A DNA stretch of 64,000 nt from a bacterium (GTDB lineage: Bacteria > UBA8248), in assembly GCA_965204535.1 (NCBI GenBank), contig CBDBEV010000001.1, forward strand, positions 224,001 through 288,000, given 5' to 3'. The stretch's first letter is position 1, and each line of letters starts with the position of its first letter. Under the pieces are notes generated by a model. That model did not search any database, was not told the DNA's origin, and worked only from the letters and a program-made list of their open reading frames with translations. A program made the translations under genes and the position numbers. Shown here in pieces: positions 17,331 to 28,966 of this stretch.

Positions 17331-18668
17331 TTACCCGCCGAATCGGGACTCCAGCCATCTCGCCGTCCGGAGCAGCCTGGCGTCGTCTCCCCTGGGTCCC
17401 ACGAGCTGAACCCCAAGCGGCATCCCGTCCGCTCCTTCCAGCAGAGGAAGCGTTACGGCCGGCGTTCCGCACAGGGTCCAGATGGTGCAAAAAACCGGAT
17501 TCCCCGTCGCGCCGAGCCCGAGGGGCGCCTGCCCCGGCGCAGGCGGTGTGAGGATGGCGTCGAACCGCTCGAACGTCTCTCCCAGCAGAGCGTTCAGGGC
17601 GGGCACCTTCTCTACCGCCCGGGTGTAATCCACCGCGAGATATTTCTTGCCGCGTTCCATCATCTTGCGCAGAAGATCGCTCAGCTGGTCTTTTCCGCGT
17701 TCGTATTCCGTCTCGAAGTTCCGCGCGAGGTTCGATTCCAGGATGATCTGGTGCCATTCGATCGCGCTGTTGAAAGCATCGGGAAGTTCGACCTCCTCCA
17801 CGACCTCCGCGCCCAGACTCATCGCCAACTCCTCAAACGCCGCCTGCGCGTCCTCATCCGCCTGATCCCAGACGGGCGTTTTCACGAACGCGAACCGCGG
17901 AGTTACCGGAGGCTCCGAGGCGGCGGTTTCCAGCAGTCTCGGGGCCGCGCGATGCCGCATGTCCGGGTCGCGCGCGTCGAAAACCATCAGCTGATCGCCC
18001 AGGAAGGCGACGTCCTCGACCGAGCGCGCGAAAAGGCCCACGTGGTCGATCGGCCTCGACTGCGGAAGCATGCCGTAGCGTGAAATCGTTCCGTGGGTGG
18101 GCTTGAAGCCGCAGACGCCGCAAAAAGAGGCGGGCCGTATGACGGAGCCGTTCGTCTGGCTGCCCACCGCGGCGGGGACCATGCGGGAGGCGACGGCGGC
18201 GGCCGAACCGCTCGACGAACCGCCGGGCGTGCGATTCGGATCATGGGGATTCTTCGTCTTGCCGGGATGATAGACGGCGAACTCCGTCGTCACGGTCTTG
18301 CCCATGATGACGGCGCCCGCGTTCTTGAGCAGGGATACGAGCGCGGCGTCCTCGGTGGGCTGACGGCCCGCGTGAAGGGGCGAGCCGTTCTCGGTCGGCA
18401 GTTCAGCGGTGTCGATGATGTCCTTGATGCCTACAGGAACGCCGTGGAATGGGCCGAGCGCCTTCCCTTCCCCTCTGGCGAGGTCGGCTTCCCTCGCCTG
18501 CCTCAAGGCGAATTCCTCATCCAGATGCTCCCAGGCGCCGATTTGCTCCTCGCACTCCTCGATGCGGGCCAGGCACGCCCCCACGAGTTCCTCCGAGGTC
18601 AATTCGCCTTCTCGTATCGCTTCCGCAGCGCGAAGGGCGCTCAAGTGGGCCGGACTACTCTCTTCCAT
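17331..18668 (-). CDS. Amidase-signature family enzyme
   Basis: GIKDII, TPGGSSSGS, GSQTNGSVIRPASFCG; RBS GAGGAG before ATG 18668. Confidence 0.9.
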   Translation of the reverse strand: MEESSPAHLSALRAAEAIREGELTSEELVGACLARIEECEEQIGAWEHLDEEFALRQAREADLARGEGKALGPFHGVPVGIKDIIDTAELPTENGSPLHAGRQPTEDAALVSLLKNAGAVIMGKTVTTEFAVYHPGKTKNPHDPNRTPGGSSSGSAAAVASRMVPAAVGSQTNGSVIRPASFCGVCGFKPTHGTISRYGMLPQSRPIDHVGLFARSVEDVAFLGDQLMVFDARDPDMRHRAAPRLLETAASEPPVTPRFAFVKTPVWDQADEDAQAAFEELAMSLGAEVVEEVELPDAFNSAIEWHQIILESNLARNFETEYERGKDQLSDLLRKMMERGKKYLAVDYTRAVEKVPALNALLGETFERFDAILTPPAPGQAPLGLGATGNPVFCTIWTLCGTPAVTLPLLEGADGMPLGVQLVGPRGDDARLLRTARWLESRFGG

Positions 18669-18739
18669 TAAATGACTCCTCAAATCAGCCAATCAGCGCG
18701 CTTCGCGCTGTCAGGTGCATTCCTGGAATACGCCGCTCA

Positions 18740-19636
18740 TCAGGGACGCTCCGCCGCGCCCGTCAACATGGCCACCGCGGCGAAATCCAAATCCCCCAGA
18801 CCGTCACGTGAAGCCATGCGGTAGACCTGATTCGCCGCCGCGCCGGCAGGGCACGGAATCCCCAGGGACATGAGAGCCGAAACGGCCAGGGACATGTCCT
18901 TGAGCATCAAGTCCACCGTAAAGCCGGCCTCGAAATCCTTGCTCGAAGGCGCGCCCTCGATGAGATCGGGGCACGGCGGGTCTTTCTCCATCACCCAGCT
19001 TCCGCCGCTGCTCGTGCGGATCACCTCGTGGAGAATCTTCGTGTCCACGCCCGACGCCTTGCCCATGGCGAACGCCTCCGCCGCCGCCACCATGGTGACA
19101 CCCGCGATGAGATTGTTGCAGAGTTTGGCGACCTGCCCCGCGCCGTACCCCCCGACGTGGATGATGTTCTTCCCCATCAACGCCAGAACGGGCTGCACCG
19201 TATCGAACGCCTCTTTCGGCCCCCCGACCATGATGGTGAGGCTCGCCGCGTCCGCCCCCATCACCCCGCCCGATACGGGCGCATCGAGCATAACCGCCCC
19301 GCGCTCGGCCGCCTCGGCGGCGAGTTTGCGGCTCTGATCGGGATCGATCGTGGACAGGTCGACCAGCAAACCGCCCTCGCCGACGGCCTCCATGAGGCCG
19401 CCCTCGCCCAGGTAGACGTCTTCCACCTCGGCTCCCGTGGGCAGGGAGGTGAGAACGATTTCGCACGTAGAGGCGAGTTCCGCAGGACCAGACGCCTCGA
19501 CGGCGCCATTTGACACGGCGCGCTCCACGGATTCGCGGACGACGTCCACCACGCCCACTTCATGACCCGCCTTGATGAGATGCGGCACCATGCGGCCGCC
19601 CATCGCCCCGACTCCTACAAAACCCAAACGCTTCAT
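18740..19636 (-). CDS. mmsB: 3-hydroxyisobutyrate dehydrogenase-like protein
   Basis: GVGAMG, DAPVSGG, GAGQVAKLCNN, SSGGSW..P.P, GFTVDLMLKD. Confidence 0.8.
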   Translation of the reverse strand: MKRLGFVGVGAMGGRMVPHLIKAGHEVGVVDVVRESVERAVSNGAVEASGPAELASTCEIVLTSLPTGAEVEDVYLGEGGLMEAVGEGGLLVDLSTIDPDQSRKLAAEAAERGAVMLDAPVSGGVMGADAASLTIMVGGPKEAFDTVQPVLALMGKNIIHVGGYGAGQVAKLCNNLIAGVTMVAAAEAFAMGKASGVDTKILHEVIRTSSGGSWVMEKDPPCPDLIEGAPSSKDFEAGFTVDLMLKDMSLAVSALMSLGIPCPAGAAANQVYRMASRDGLGDLDFAAVAMLTGAAERP

Positions 19637-19676
19637 CAGATATCCTCCACAAAAAATTATCTCATTTTCATCTATC

Positions 19677-21059
19677 TTAACCTTCCCCCGATATAAATTC
19701 CTCCGCCACCGCGCACAGGAATCCCTCCCTGAAGGCGGGCGCAAGCAGGGTCATCCCGATGGGCAGCCCGTTCGCGTAAAACCCGTTCGGGACGGCGACA
19801 GCGCATAAATCCAGGAGATTCACAAAATTCGTATACATCCCCAGGTTCGCGTTCAAGTCGATGGGGTCGGCATTCACCTCGCCTATCGTGTAGGCCGTGG
19901 GCGTCGTGGGAACCATCATAAAATCAGTATCTTCCCATACTATTCTCGCTTGGCACTTCAACTCCTCCAGGCGATAGAAGGCCTTGAAGGCGTCGACCGC
20001 CGAGTACCCGGCGGCGCCGGAAATCAGCTCCCTCGTGACGGGATGAAGGGCGTCGGGCTTTTCTCCAATAAAATCCTCGATCGCCGCCAACCGCTCCGCC
20101 ACCCAGGGACCACCGTACAGGAGTTTCGCCGCCTCGAAAAAAGCGGAAAAATCAACCTCCTGAACAGTCGCGCCCATCTCAGAGATGCGCTCTATCCCCT
20201 TCTCATAGGCGCTTCTCGCCTCATCATCTCCCAGGAAATCCCTTTGTCCGGGCAGAGGAACACCCGCCTTCAGCCCACCCGGCAAGTCGGCGGCCATCTG
20301 CAGAGACTCTCCCGCCGGAAGAGCGCGGCTGTACGGGTCCTCATCGGGCACGGCCATCGTCTCGAGGGCGCAAAGCGCATCCGAAGCTTTGAGAGCAAAG
20401 ACCGAGACGCAATCGAGCGTGCGGCAGGCGGGAACCACACCCCGCGTGCTCACCAGCCCCCGTGAGGGTTTCAAGCCCACGATGTTGTTGAACCCCGCAG
20501 GCACCCGGCCCGAGCCCGCCGTGTCCGTGCCGAGGGCGAAACTCACCAGGCCCGATGCGACGGCCACGGCCGAGCCGGAACTCGAACCGCCCGGAATGTA
20601 GTCGGGATGATACGGATTCCGCGCCACGCCATAAGGCGTGCGCGTTCCCACGAGGCCGGTCGCGAACTGATCCAGATTCGTCTTTCCGACGAAAATCGCC
20701 CCGGCATCCAGCAGAAGCGCCACGCAGGGAGCGCTCACCTCGGGCGTATAGGCGTATTCGGGGCACGCCGCCGTCGTAGGGACCCCGGCCACGTCGATGT
20801 TGTCCTTCACCGCGAAGGGAACGCCGTAAAGGGGGAGTGCGTCCGCATCCGCCCTGCGGGCTTCGAGTTCTTGCGCACGCGCGAGCAACCTATATTCAGG
20901 TTCCAAGTGAATCCACACGCCGTCCTCACCGCGCGCGGCGATCCGCTCACAAACCTGATGCACCAAGCCTTTAGGCGTCTGATCGCCCGAGGCATACGCT
21001 GCCTGAAGCCGGGAGAATCCCATCTCCTCCGCGCCCGGTGCTGCGCCCGGCCTCATCAT
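19677..21059 (-). CDS. atzF: Allophanate hydrolase, amidase domain only
   Basis: PLYGVPFAVKDNIDV, GKTNLDQFATGLVGTR, GTDTAGSGRVPAG, LLYGGPWVAER, YTNFVNLLD. Confidence 0.88.
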   Translation of the reverse strand: MMRPGAAPGAEEMGFSRLQAAYASGDQTPKGLVHQVCERIAARGEDGVWIHLEPEYRLLARAQELEARRADADALPLYGVPFAVKDNIDVAGVPTTAACPEYAYTPEVSAPCVALLLDAGAIFVGKTNLDQFATGLVGTRTPYGVARNPYHPDYIPGGSSSGSAVAVASGLVSFALGTDTAGSGRVPAGFNNIVGLKPSRGLVSTRGVVPACRTLDCVSVFALKASDALCALETMAVPDEDPYSRALPAGESLQMAADLPGGLKAGVPLPGQRDFLGDDEARSAYEKGIERISEMGATVQEVDFSAFFEAAKLLYGGPWVAERLAAIEDFIGEKPDALHPVTRELISGAAGYSAVDAFKAFYRLEELKCQARIVWEDTDFMMVPTTPTAYTIGEVNADPIDLNANLGMYTNFVNLLDLCAVAVPNGFYANGLPIGMTLLAPAFREGFLCAVAEEFISGEG

Positions 21060-22603
21060 TCACCGTTTTCCCGGGATTCGCCCTCCGCCATCTCCCGAAG
21101 CGCCGTCTTGAGAACTTTTCCGTAATTGTTCTTGGGCAGGGCCTCGATGAAACGGTACGCCCGGGGGCGCTTGAAGCGCGCGATGTGTTCGAGGCACAAG
21201 CCGTCGAGGTCTTCTTCGCTCACCCCTCGCTCATCCCTGGGCACCACGAAGGCCATCACCTCCTCTCCCCAATCCGGGTGGGGACGCCCGATGACGGAGA
21301 CCTCCAGAACGCCCTCGTGACGCAGCAGCACTTCCTCCACTTCGCGGGGGTAGATGTTGCTGCCGCCGCTGATGATGAGGTCCTTGGAGCGATCCTTGAG
21401 GGTGAGGAAGCCGTCCTCATCCATCACGCCCACGTCGCCCGTGTGAAGCCACCCGCCCTTGAGCGCGCTCGCCGTGGCTTCGGGGTTGTTCCAGTAGCCT
21501 TTCATGACGACGTCGCCGCGAACGAGCACCTCGCCGGTCTCTCCGGGCGGCAGTGTGTTGTCCCCGGCGTCCACCACGCGCACTTCGACCACGGTATGCG
21601 GCACCCCGACGGATGCGAGCCGCTCCTCGAAGCGGGGGTGGTCCGTATCGACGTGCCGCTCTCTCGAAACGACGGTGATGGTCATGGGGCTTTCCCCCTG
21701 CCCGTACACCTGAACGAGTTTGTTCCCCAGAGCCTCCATCGCTTTTTTGAGGTCTTCCACGTACATCGGACCGCCGCCATAGGCGATGACCTTCAAATTC
21801 GTGGTATCCGCATCCCCTATCGCCTCGCTCTGAATCAGGCGCGTCACCATGGTGGGCGCGGCGAACATGGCGAGGCCCGGATAGGCCTCGATGAGCCGAA
21901 AAATCTCTTCAGGCTCGAACCCCCCGCTCTCGGGAACGATGTTGTTCGCGCCCTGATAGACGTGCGGTATCGCGTACAGCCCCGAGCCGTGGGACAGGGG
22001 CGCGGCGTGCAGTATGCAATCGTTTTCGGAGACCGGATCGACGTCGGCGAAATAACTCAGGCTCATGCTGTGGAGGTTCTCGTGCGTGAGCATCGCGCCC
22101 TTCGGCCTGCCCGTCGTGCCGCTCGTATAGAAGAGCCAGGCCAAATCATCCGGCTCTTGAGGTTCGATGGGGACGGCCTCTCGGGATTGAATCGCCCTAT
22201 ATTCGGGAGTATCAGCCTCCATCACGCTTTCGAGAGCCTCGATTTCATCGACGAGCGGCGCAATCGTCCCCATGAGGTCGGAAGTGGCGAAGCAACAGCG
22301 CGCGCCCGCATTCTCCAGGATGAAGGCCATCTCCTTCGGATGGAGCTTCGCGTTGACGGGCAAGGCGCAGCAGCCGGCATGCCATATGGCGTAGAGGACC
22401 TCCAGAAACGCCGGGCAATTCTTCATGGTGATGGCGACGCGATCCCCGGGCTTCATATCCAGATCTTCCCGAAGGAAACCCGCCATGGAACCCGCCCGGC
22501 GCGCGAACTCCTCATACGTGCAGTGGACCGCTTCACCATAAGATATGGCCGGCCGCTCCCCGCAGGCTCTGGCCGCGCGGGCCAAAAACTCCGCCATGTT
22601 CAT
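21056..22603 (-). CDS. AMP-dependent acyl-CoA synthetase
   Basis: YTSGTTGRPKG, YGQGE, TGD, RSKDLIISGG, PKNNYGK. Confidence 0.92.
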   Translation of the reverse strand: MNMAEFLARAARACGERPAISYGEAVHCTYEEFARRAGSMAGFLREDLDMKPGDRVAITMKNCPAFLEVLYAIWHAGCCALPVNAKLHPKEMAFILENAGARCCFATSDLMGTIAPLVDEIEALESVMEADTPEYRAIQSREAVPIEPQEPDDLAWLFYTSGTTGRPKGAMLTHENLHSMSLSYFADVDPVSENDCILHAAPLSHGSGLYAIPHVYQGANNIVPESGGFEPEEIFRLIEAYPGLAMFAAPTMVTRLIQSEAIGDADTTNLKVIAYGGGPMYVEDLKKAMEALGNKLVQVYGQGESPMTITVVSRERHVDTDHPRFEERLASVGVPHTVVEVRVVDAGDNTLPPGETGEVLVRGDVVMKGYWNNPEATASALKGGWLHTGDVGVMDEDGFLTLKDRSKDLIISGGSNIYPREVEEVLLRHEGVLEVSVIGRPHPDWGEEVMAFVVPRDERGVSEEDLDGLCLEHIARFKRPRAYRFIEALPKNNYGKVLKTALREMAEGESRENGE

Positions 22604-22846
22604 TCGAAACCACCTCCCGCAAGTCACGGCTCACGATTCGCGCGATCACGCGAGTTCCCGGGCGATTCATCGTTGGAAGACCGCCGCCTCATGGCTTGAT
22701 GATAAGCCATATCCGAATCCATGAATATGCGCTAGTATTAAAGCATACATCAGCGTTATGTGGAGCGCGGCTCCGGCCGAGAAAACCGCCTTGGCGAGAG
22801 GATCGCATCGAGCGTCCACTCTCGCGACCCCCATGGAGGCATTCCC

Positions 22847-24163
22847 ATGCGAAGCGAAAAAGACCTGCTCGATTCGGCAAAGAAATACAGTTTTCGCGGT
22901 CGGGTGGACAAGTCGGTTTTCTCGGGTCCCGTCTTCGTGCGCGGCGAGGGTTCCACCGTCGAGGACGTGAACGGCAAGCAGTACCTCGATTTCAACTCGG
23001 GCCAGATGTGCTCCGCCCTCGGACACAACCACCCCACCGTCACGGACGCCATCAAGAAAAGCTGCGATGAGCTGATTCACGCGCACAGCAGCTTCTTCAA
23101 CGACCAGGAAATCATCCTCGCCGAACGCCTCGGCGCGCTGCTGCCGCCCCCGCTCGAGAAAAGCCTCTTTCTGGGTTCGGGTGCGGACGCCAACGAGGCG
23201 GCGGTGACGATAGCCCGCAAATTCACGGACGGCTTCGAGGTGGCGAGCCCTCACATCAGCTTCCACGGCCTCTCCGACACGGCGCGCTCGCTCACCTTCG
23301 CGGGCTGGCACAGCGGACACGGGCCGCTATCGCCCGGGAGTATGGCGATGGTCGCGCCCTATTGCTACCGCTGCCCGCTCGCCCAGAAATTCCCCGATTG
23401 CGAGATCGCCTGTCTGGACACGAGCTTCGAGCTCATCGACGCGCAAACGACGAGCAAGCCGGCCGCCGTCATCACCGAACCCCTGTTCAGCGCGGGCGGG
23501 GTGGTGGAGCCGCCGCCCGGGTGGCTCAAGAAGCTCAAAGAAAGCTGCGAAGAGCGCGACATGCTCCTCATCGTGGACGACGAGCAGACGGGACTCGGCA
23601 AGCTGGGCACGATGTTCGGCTTCGAGAAGGACGAGGTGGTGCCCGACGTGGTGACGCTGGCGAAACATTTCGGCGGGGGCGTGAGCATCTCCTCGGTCTC
23701 GACGAGCGCCGAGGTGGAGGAGAAGATAGCGTCCACCGAGTTCGTCGTCACCCATTCGCACACGAACGACCCGCTCGCCTGCGCCGCGGGTGTGGCGAGC
23801 TTAGACGTCATCGAGGGAGAAGACGTTCCCGCCAAGGCGCGAAAAATCGGTGCTCACCTGAGAGAGCGCCTCACCTGGCTGGGCGAGCAGTATGAACTGG
23901 TGGGCGACATCCGGGGCCGGGGCCTCCTGCAGGGGATTGAACTGGTGGAAGACAGGCGCACGAAAACGCCCGCCACCAGACAGGGCAGCGAGATCAACCG
24001 TAGGTGCCTCGAGAACGGCCTCATCTTCAGCCAGCGGCGCGGGGGAAGCGTGCTCCGCTTCGTGCCGCCGGCCACCACGACGGAGGGGCAGATGGATCAG
24101 GCGATGGACATCCTCACCGACGCGGTAGACAAGGCGAGTGTTCGCGGCGCCGTCTCGGGATGA
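22847..24163 (+). CDS. Class III PLP aminotransferase, 2,2-dialkylglycine decarboxylase-like
   Basis: DFNSGQMCSALGH, EPLFSAGG, DDEQTG, TLAKH, HTNDP; RBS GGAGG. Confidence 0.82.
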   Translation: MRSEKDLLDSAKKYSFRGRVDKSVFSGPVFVRGEGSTVEDVNGKQYLDFNSGQMCSALGHNHPTVTDAIKKSCDELIHAHSSFFNDQEIILAERLGALLPPPLEKSLFLGSGADANEAAVTIARKFTDGFEVASPHISFHGLSDTARSLTFAGWHSGHGPLSPGSMAMVAPYCYRCPLAQKFPDCEIACLDTSFELIDAQTTSKPAAVITEPLFSAGGVVEPPPGWLKKLKESCEERDMLLIVDDEQTGLGKLGTMFGFEKDEVVPDVVTLAKHFGGGVSISSVSTSAEVEEKIASTEFVVTHSHTNDPLACAAGVASLDVIEGEDVPAKARKIGAHLRERLTWLGEQYELVGDIRGRGLLQGIELVEDRRTKTPATRQGSEINRRCLENGLIFSQRRGGSVLRFVPPATTTEGQMDQAMDILTDAVDKASVRGAVSG

Positions 24164-24201
24164 TGCTCGGCGTCGGGGCCCCAACTTTCGAATAGAATGA
24201 A

Positions 24202-24693
24202 ATGCTTCACGTCGCTCTCTATCATCCCGCGATTCCGCAGAATACCGGGAACATAGGCCGCTTGTGCGTCGGGATGGACGCGCATCTGCACATCATCGAA
24301 CCTGCGAAATTCGATTTTTCGGACAATTCCCTCAAAAGAGCAGGGCTTGATTACTGGCCGGACGTGAAGCTCACCATCCACGAGAACGAAGGCCAATTTC
24401 TCGAATGGCTGGGCGAGAGAACGCCCTGGCTCATCACGAAGTTCGGCGCGTCGCGCTTCGACCGGGTCTCATACCGGGACGAAGACGTGCTGTTGCTCGG
24501 GAACGAAAACACCGGCCTGCCCGATGCGTGGCATGCGCGCTGGCCCGAACGGCGGATTTACGTGCCCATGCCGGGGCCGATCCGCTCCTACAACCTCGCC
24601 AACACCGCCGCCATCGTCCTCGCGCAGGCGTTCGTTCAATTACATGATGAGGATGTTACGAATCTCGGCGGCGGGAACGACCCTATCGGCTGA
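24202..24693 (+). CDS. trmL: tRNA (cytidine/uridine-34 2'-O)-methyltransferase
   Basis: PAIPQNTGNIGRLC, RAGLDYW, GNENTGLP, RSYNLAN. Confidence 0.92.
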   Translation: MLHVALYHPAIPQNTGNIGRLCVGMDAHLHIIEPAKFDFSDNSLKRAGLDYWPDVKLTIHENEGQFLEWLGERTPWLITKFGASRFDRVSYRDEDVLLLGNENTGLPDAWHARWPERRIYVPMPGPIRSYNLANTAAIVLAQAFVQLHDEDVTNLGGGNDPIG

Positions 24694-24718
24694 AGCCCGA
24701 GATACCGGGCCATTATGA

Positions 24719-25873
24719 CTACGCCATATCCACCCAGCCGCCCTCTTGCGCGCTTTTGAGACACGCCTCGGCGAGTCGCACATCGCGGATGCCGGCGGAG
24801 AGATCGGCGTAGAATGGCTCATCGCCCGCCACGTGGCGGATGAAGCGCTCCCAGCCGTAGCGATAGGGATTTTTATATGGCGCGGTGTCGAGTTCTTCTT
24901 CCCAATTTTCGCGGTAATCCACCGAGACGTCCATCGTGTCCGCGTCGCGGCCCATCAGGAAACCGCGCACCATGGGCGTATCGCCCGCCGCCTGCTTCCA
25001 GCAGCGTCTGAGACCCGCCACCGCGGAGCCGCCCGTTCCATCCACCTGGAAGGTCACCAGATCCTCACGCCAAACCCGGGTGGACCATGAACTCAGGATC
25101 GCGCCGCGAGCCCCGCTTTCTAGTTCCAGAAGCGTGTGCGCGTTATCCTCTACGTCGACGCGGAAGCGCTCCCCCGCCTCGTCGGCGCGCTCGGTCTGGC
25201 CCGTCCAGGAGAGCGCCGCCACGCGCGCAATCGGCCCCAGAGTTCCCTCCACGACGTAGCGCCAGTGCGGGTGCATGTCCGAGATGAGCCCGCCGCCGCC
25301 CGCCTTCCGGTAGTTCCAGCTCGGGCGCTGGCATTCCGCCTCGACCCCGTCGAACACCCACCAGCCGAAGTTGATCTGAAAACCAATGACGCGGCCCAGA
25401 AAACCGCTCTCCACCACCCGGCGAAGTTTCAAAAACCCCGGCAGGAAGAGCTTGTCTTCCACCGCGCCGTGTTTGAGGCCCCCCGCCTGCGCGGCGCGAA
25501 GAAGCGCCATCCCTTCCTGAACGCTGGGTGCAACGGGTTTTTCGGTATAGATGTGTTTCCCGGCGGCGATGGCGCGTTTTAATACGCCCGCCCGCAAGTG
25601 CGTCGCCGCCGCGTCGAAGAAGACGGGATATGCAGCGTTCTCAAGCGCCGCATCGAGGTCGGTCGTCCAGTCGAGGCCGCCGTGTTCGGCCGCCAGCTTC
25701 GCGAGGCGCTCCTCGTTCCTGCCGACGAGCAGGGGCTTCGGGAGGATTCTCTCGCCCCTCAAGTCGAGGCCGCCCTCGGCGATGATAGGTACGAGCGAGT
25801 TTCTCAAATGCTGGAAGGAGGCGATGCCGCCCGTCGCCCCGTGTAGAATGATCCCCAACTCCCGCGTCGCCAT
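24719..25873 (-). CDS. Gfo/Idh/MocA-family oxidoreductase
   Basis: HGATG, GKHIYTEKP, DKLFLPG, RPSWNYR, DMHPHW. Confidence 0.88.
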   Translation of the reverse strand: MATRELGIILHGATGGIASFQHLRNSLVPIIAEGGLDLRGERILPKPLLVGRNEERLAKLAAEHGGLDWTTDLDAALENAAYPVFFDAAATHLRAGVLKRAIAAGKHIYTEKPVAPSVQEGMALLRAAQAGGLKHGAVEDKLFLPGFLKLRRVVESGFLGRVIGFQINFGWWVFDGVEAECQRPSWNYRKAGGGGLISDMHPHWRYVVEGTLGPIARVAALSWTGQTERADEAGERFRVDVEDNAHTLLELESGARGAILSSWSTRVWREDLVTFQVDGTGGSAVAGLRRCWKQAAGDTPMVRGFLMGRDADTMDVSVDYRENWEEELDTAPYKNPYRYGWERFIRHVAGDEPFYADLSAGIRDVRLAEACLKSAQEGGWVDMA

Positions 25874-25915
25874 GTTTTTGCTCAGCCCCACGCTCAAAAT
25901 GTATCGAGAACGTCC

Positions 25916-27046
25916 CTATGCCTCTAAACCCGCCATCAACTCCGCGGGATCGATGGGCAGCTTCAACTCCTCGCCGCGCTTGGCCGAGAGGTCCATCGCC
26001 ATGGTCAGCACCAGATTGCGGTGCCCCTCGGCGGCGGTCGCATGGGGGGTGCGCTTGTCCGAATAAATCCGCTGGAACCATGAATTGGTCTCCTCGCGCA
26101 TGGGGCCCCAGAGTTCTCCGTCATACATGTCGCCCGGCGGGAAGCTGGTGAGGAAGTCGACGTTCCGCCGCGCTTCCAGGTCAAGATCCTCCGGATTGTA
26201 GGCGGGTCCCTGCGAAAATTCAGACGCCATCACCACGTCGCGGTGCGTGTCCTCGATGTCCACCACGCCCTTCGTGCCCACGATGCCGATTTCGAGCCCG
26301 TACACCGCGCCGGGCCACTCCTTGGGCAGCGCCCAGCAGATGTTCATGCTCCAGATAGCGCCGCTATCCATCGTGAACACGCCGAAGGTGGCGTCCTTGG
26401 TGCCGAGATCGCTCAATATGCCCTCCGTCGAGCGCGCATAGAGGGAGACCGGCTTGGCGTCCCCCATCAGCCACAGGCACATGTCGAGGCTATGGGTGCC
26501 GGAGACGACCATGGGCGTCAGGAACCGGCGGTCCTGCGAGAGGCGGACTTCTCCGGTCGGCGCCATGCGGTTCATGAAGGCGCGCGTGACCGCCGCCGTG
26601 ACGTCGCCGATCTGGCCGTTATCGACGCGGTCCTTCACGGCGAGGAAACGCCTGCGAAAACGCTGTGTGTAGCCGACGACGGCGTCCACGCCGGCAGATT
26701 CTATCGCCGCGAGCACGGAGGCCGACTCGCGCGCGTCCGTCGCGAGCGGTTTTTCGATCAGCATGGGCAGGCCCCGCTCCACCGCGGCGAGCGTGGGTTC
26801 GACGTGCGCCCAGGTCGAGGTGGCGATGATCGCCGCATCCACCTCGGGCCGGGCGATAAGTTCGTGGAAATCGGCCGTGAAGTAATCGGCTCCGATGTCT
26901 TCTTTGAGATTCCGCCCGACCTTCTCGTTCATGTCGGAGAGGCCGATCCAGCCGATTCCGGGGAAATCTCTGGCCAGCGCGCCCCGCATGCGCCCCACGA
27001 CCCCGCAGCCGACGATGGCCAGCCCCAGTTCTTTTTTGTCCGCCAT
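25916..27046 (-). CDS. Gfo/Idh/MocA-family oxidoreductase
   Basis: IVGCGVVG, LIEKPLA, GYTQRF, GTHSLD. Confidence 0.88.
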   Translation of the reverse strand: MADKKELGLAIVGCGVVGRMRGALARDFPGIGWIGLSDMNEKVGRNLKEDIGADYFTADFHELIARPEVDAAIIATSTWAHVEPTLAAVERGLPMLIEKPLATDARESASVLAAIESAGVDAVVGYTQRFRRRFLAVKDRVDNGQIGDVTAAVTRAFMNRMAPTGEVRLSQDRRFLTPMVVSGTHSLDMCLWLMGDAKPVSLYARSTEGILSDLGTKDATFGVFTMDSGAIWSMNICWALPKEWPGAVYGLEIGIVGTKGVVDIEDTHRDVVMASEFSQGPAYNPEDLDLEARRNVDFLTSFPPGDMYDGELWGPMREETNSWFQRIYSDKRTPHATAAEGHRNLVLTMAMDLSAKRGEELKLPIDPAELMAGLEA

Positions 27047-27107
27047 TCCTGTTCCTTTCACTTTTGAAAATTATGTCTCTATGACTTCGCGTATGTAACT
27101 GACAAGT

Positions 27108-27132
27108 AAAAAGCCGCGGAGACCCCGCGGCC
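27108..27132 (-). terminator. Intrinsic terminator downstream of tRNA
   Basis: GCCGCGG/CCGCGGC stem followed by TTTTT on the minus strand. Confidence 0.7.
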
Positions 27133-27142
27133 GTTATTCGCT

Positions 27143-27219
<77 letters not shown>

Positions 27220-27323
27220 TCAATATGTGTTATCTACTCCCGCACGGGCATTCTGTCAAGGAGAGGGAGTTCTTCCAGGAATGCAAGGATGCTACTTGGC
27301 GCCAAGGAAACGATAATGATGAA

Positions 27324-27647
27324 TTATTTTTTCGAGGGAATGAACTCGTAGACGACTTCGCCTTTCTTCACGAGCCCTAAGTCTTCTCGCGCGATTTTCT
27401 CGATAGCGCGCTCATCGGAGCGCAAAGAGCGAATCTCCGCGCGCAACTCCTTGTTCTTCGCCTCGATTTCCGCGTTCTCTTTCTTGAGTTCGGACACGCG
27501 CTCTTTGTTCACGATGACGGCGAGATACCCGTCCCGGCCCAGCAAGGCGGAGCCGAGCAGCAAGACGATGACGCCCGCGCACATCCAGAAGAAGAGTCTG
27601 GCTTTCGGGGATTGGCCCTTGGTGGATGATCGTCCTGCTTTTCGCAT
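27324..27647 (-). CDS. ftsB: Septum formation initiator FtsB/DivIC
   Basis: One TM helix, GRDG, coiled coil, IEKIAREDLGLVKKGE. Confidence 0.9.
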   Translation of the reverse strand: MRKAGRSSTKGQSPKARLFFWMCAGVIVLLLGSALLGRDGYLAVIVNKERVSELKKENAEIEAKNKELRAEIRSLRSDERAIEKIAREDLGLVKKGEVVYEFIPSKK

Positions 27648-27682
27648 CGCGCTCAGACTCCGAGGCGCGCGAGCCTCATCGA

Positions 27683-28962
<1,280 letters not shown>

Positions 28963-28966
<4 letters not shown>

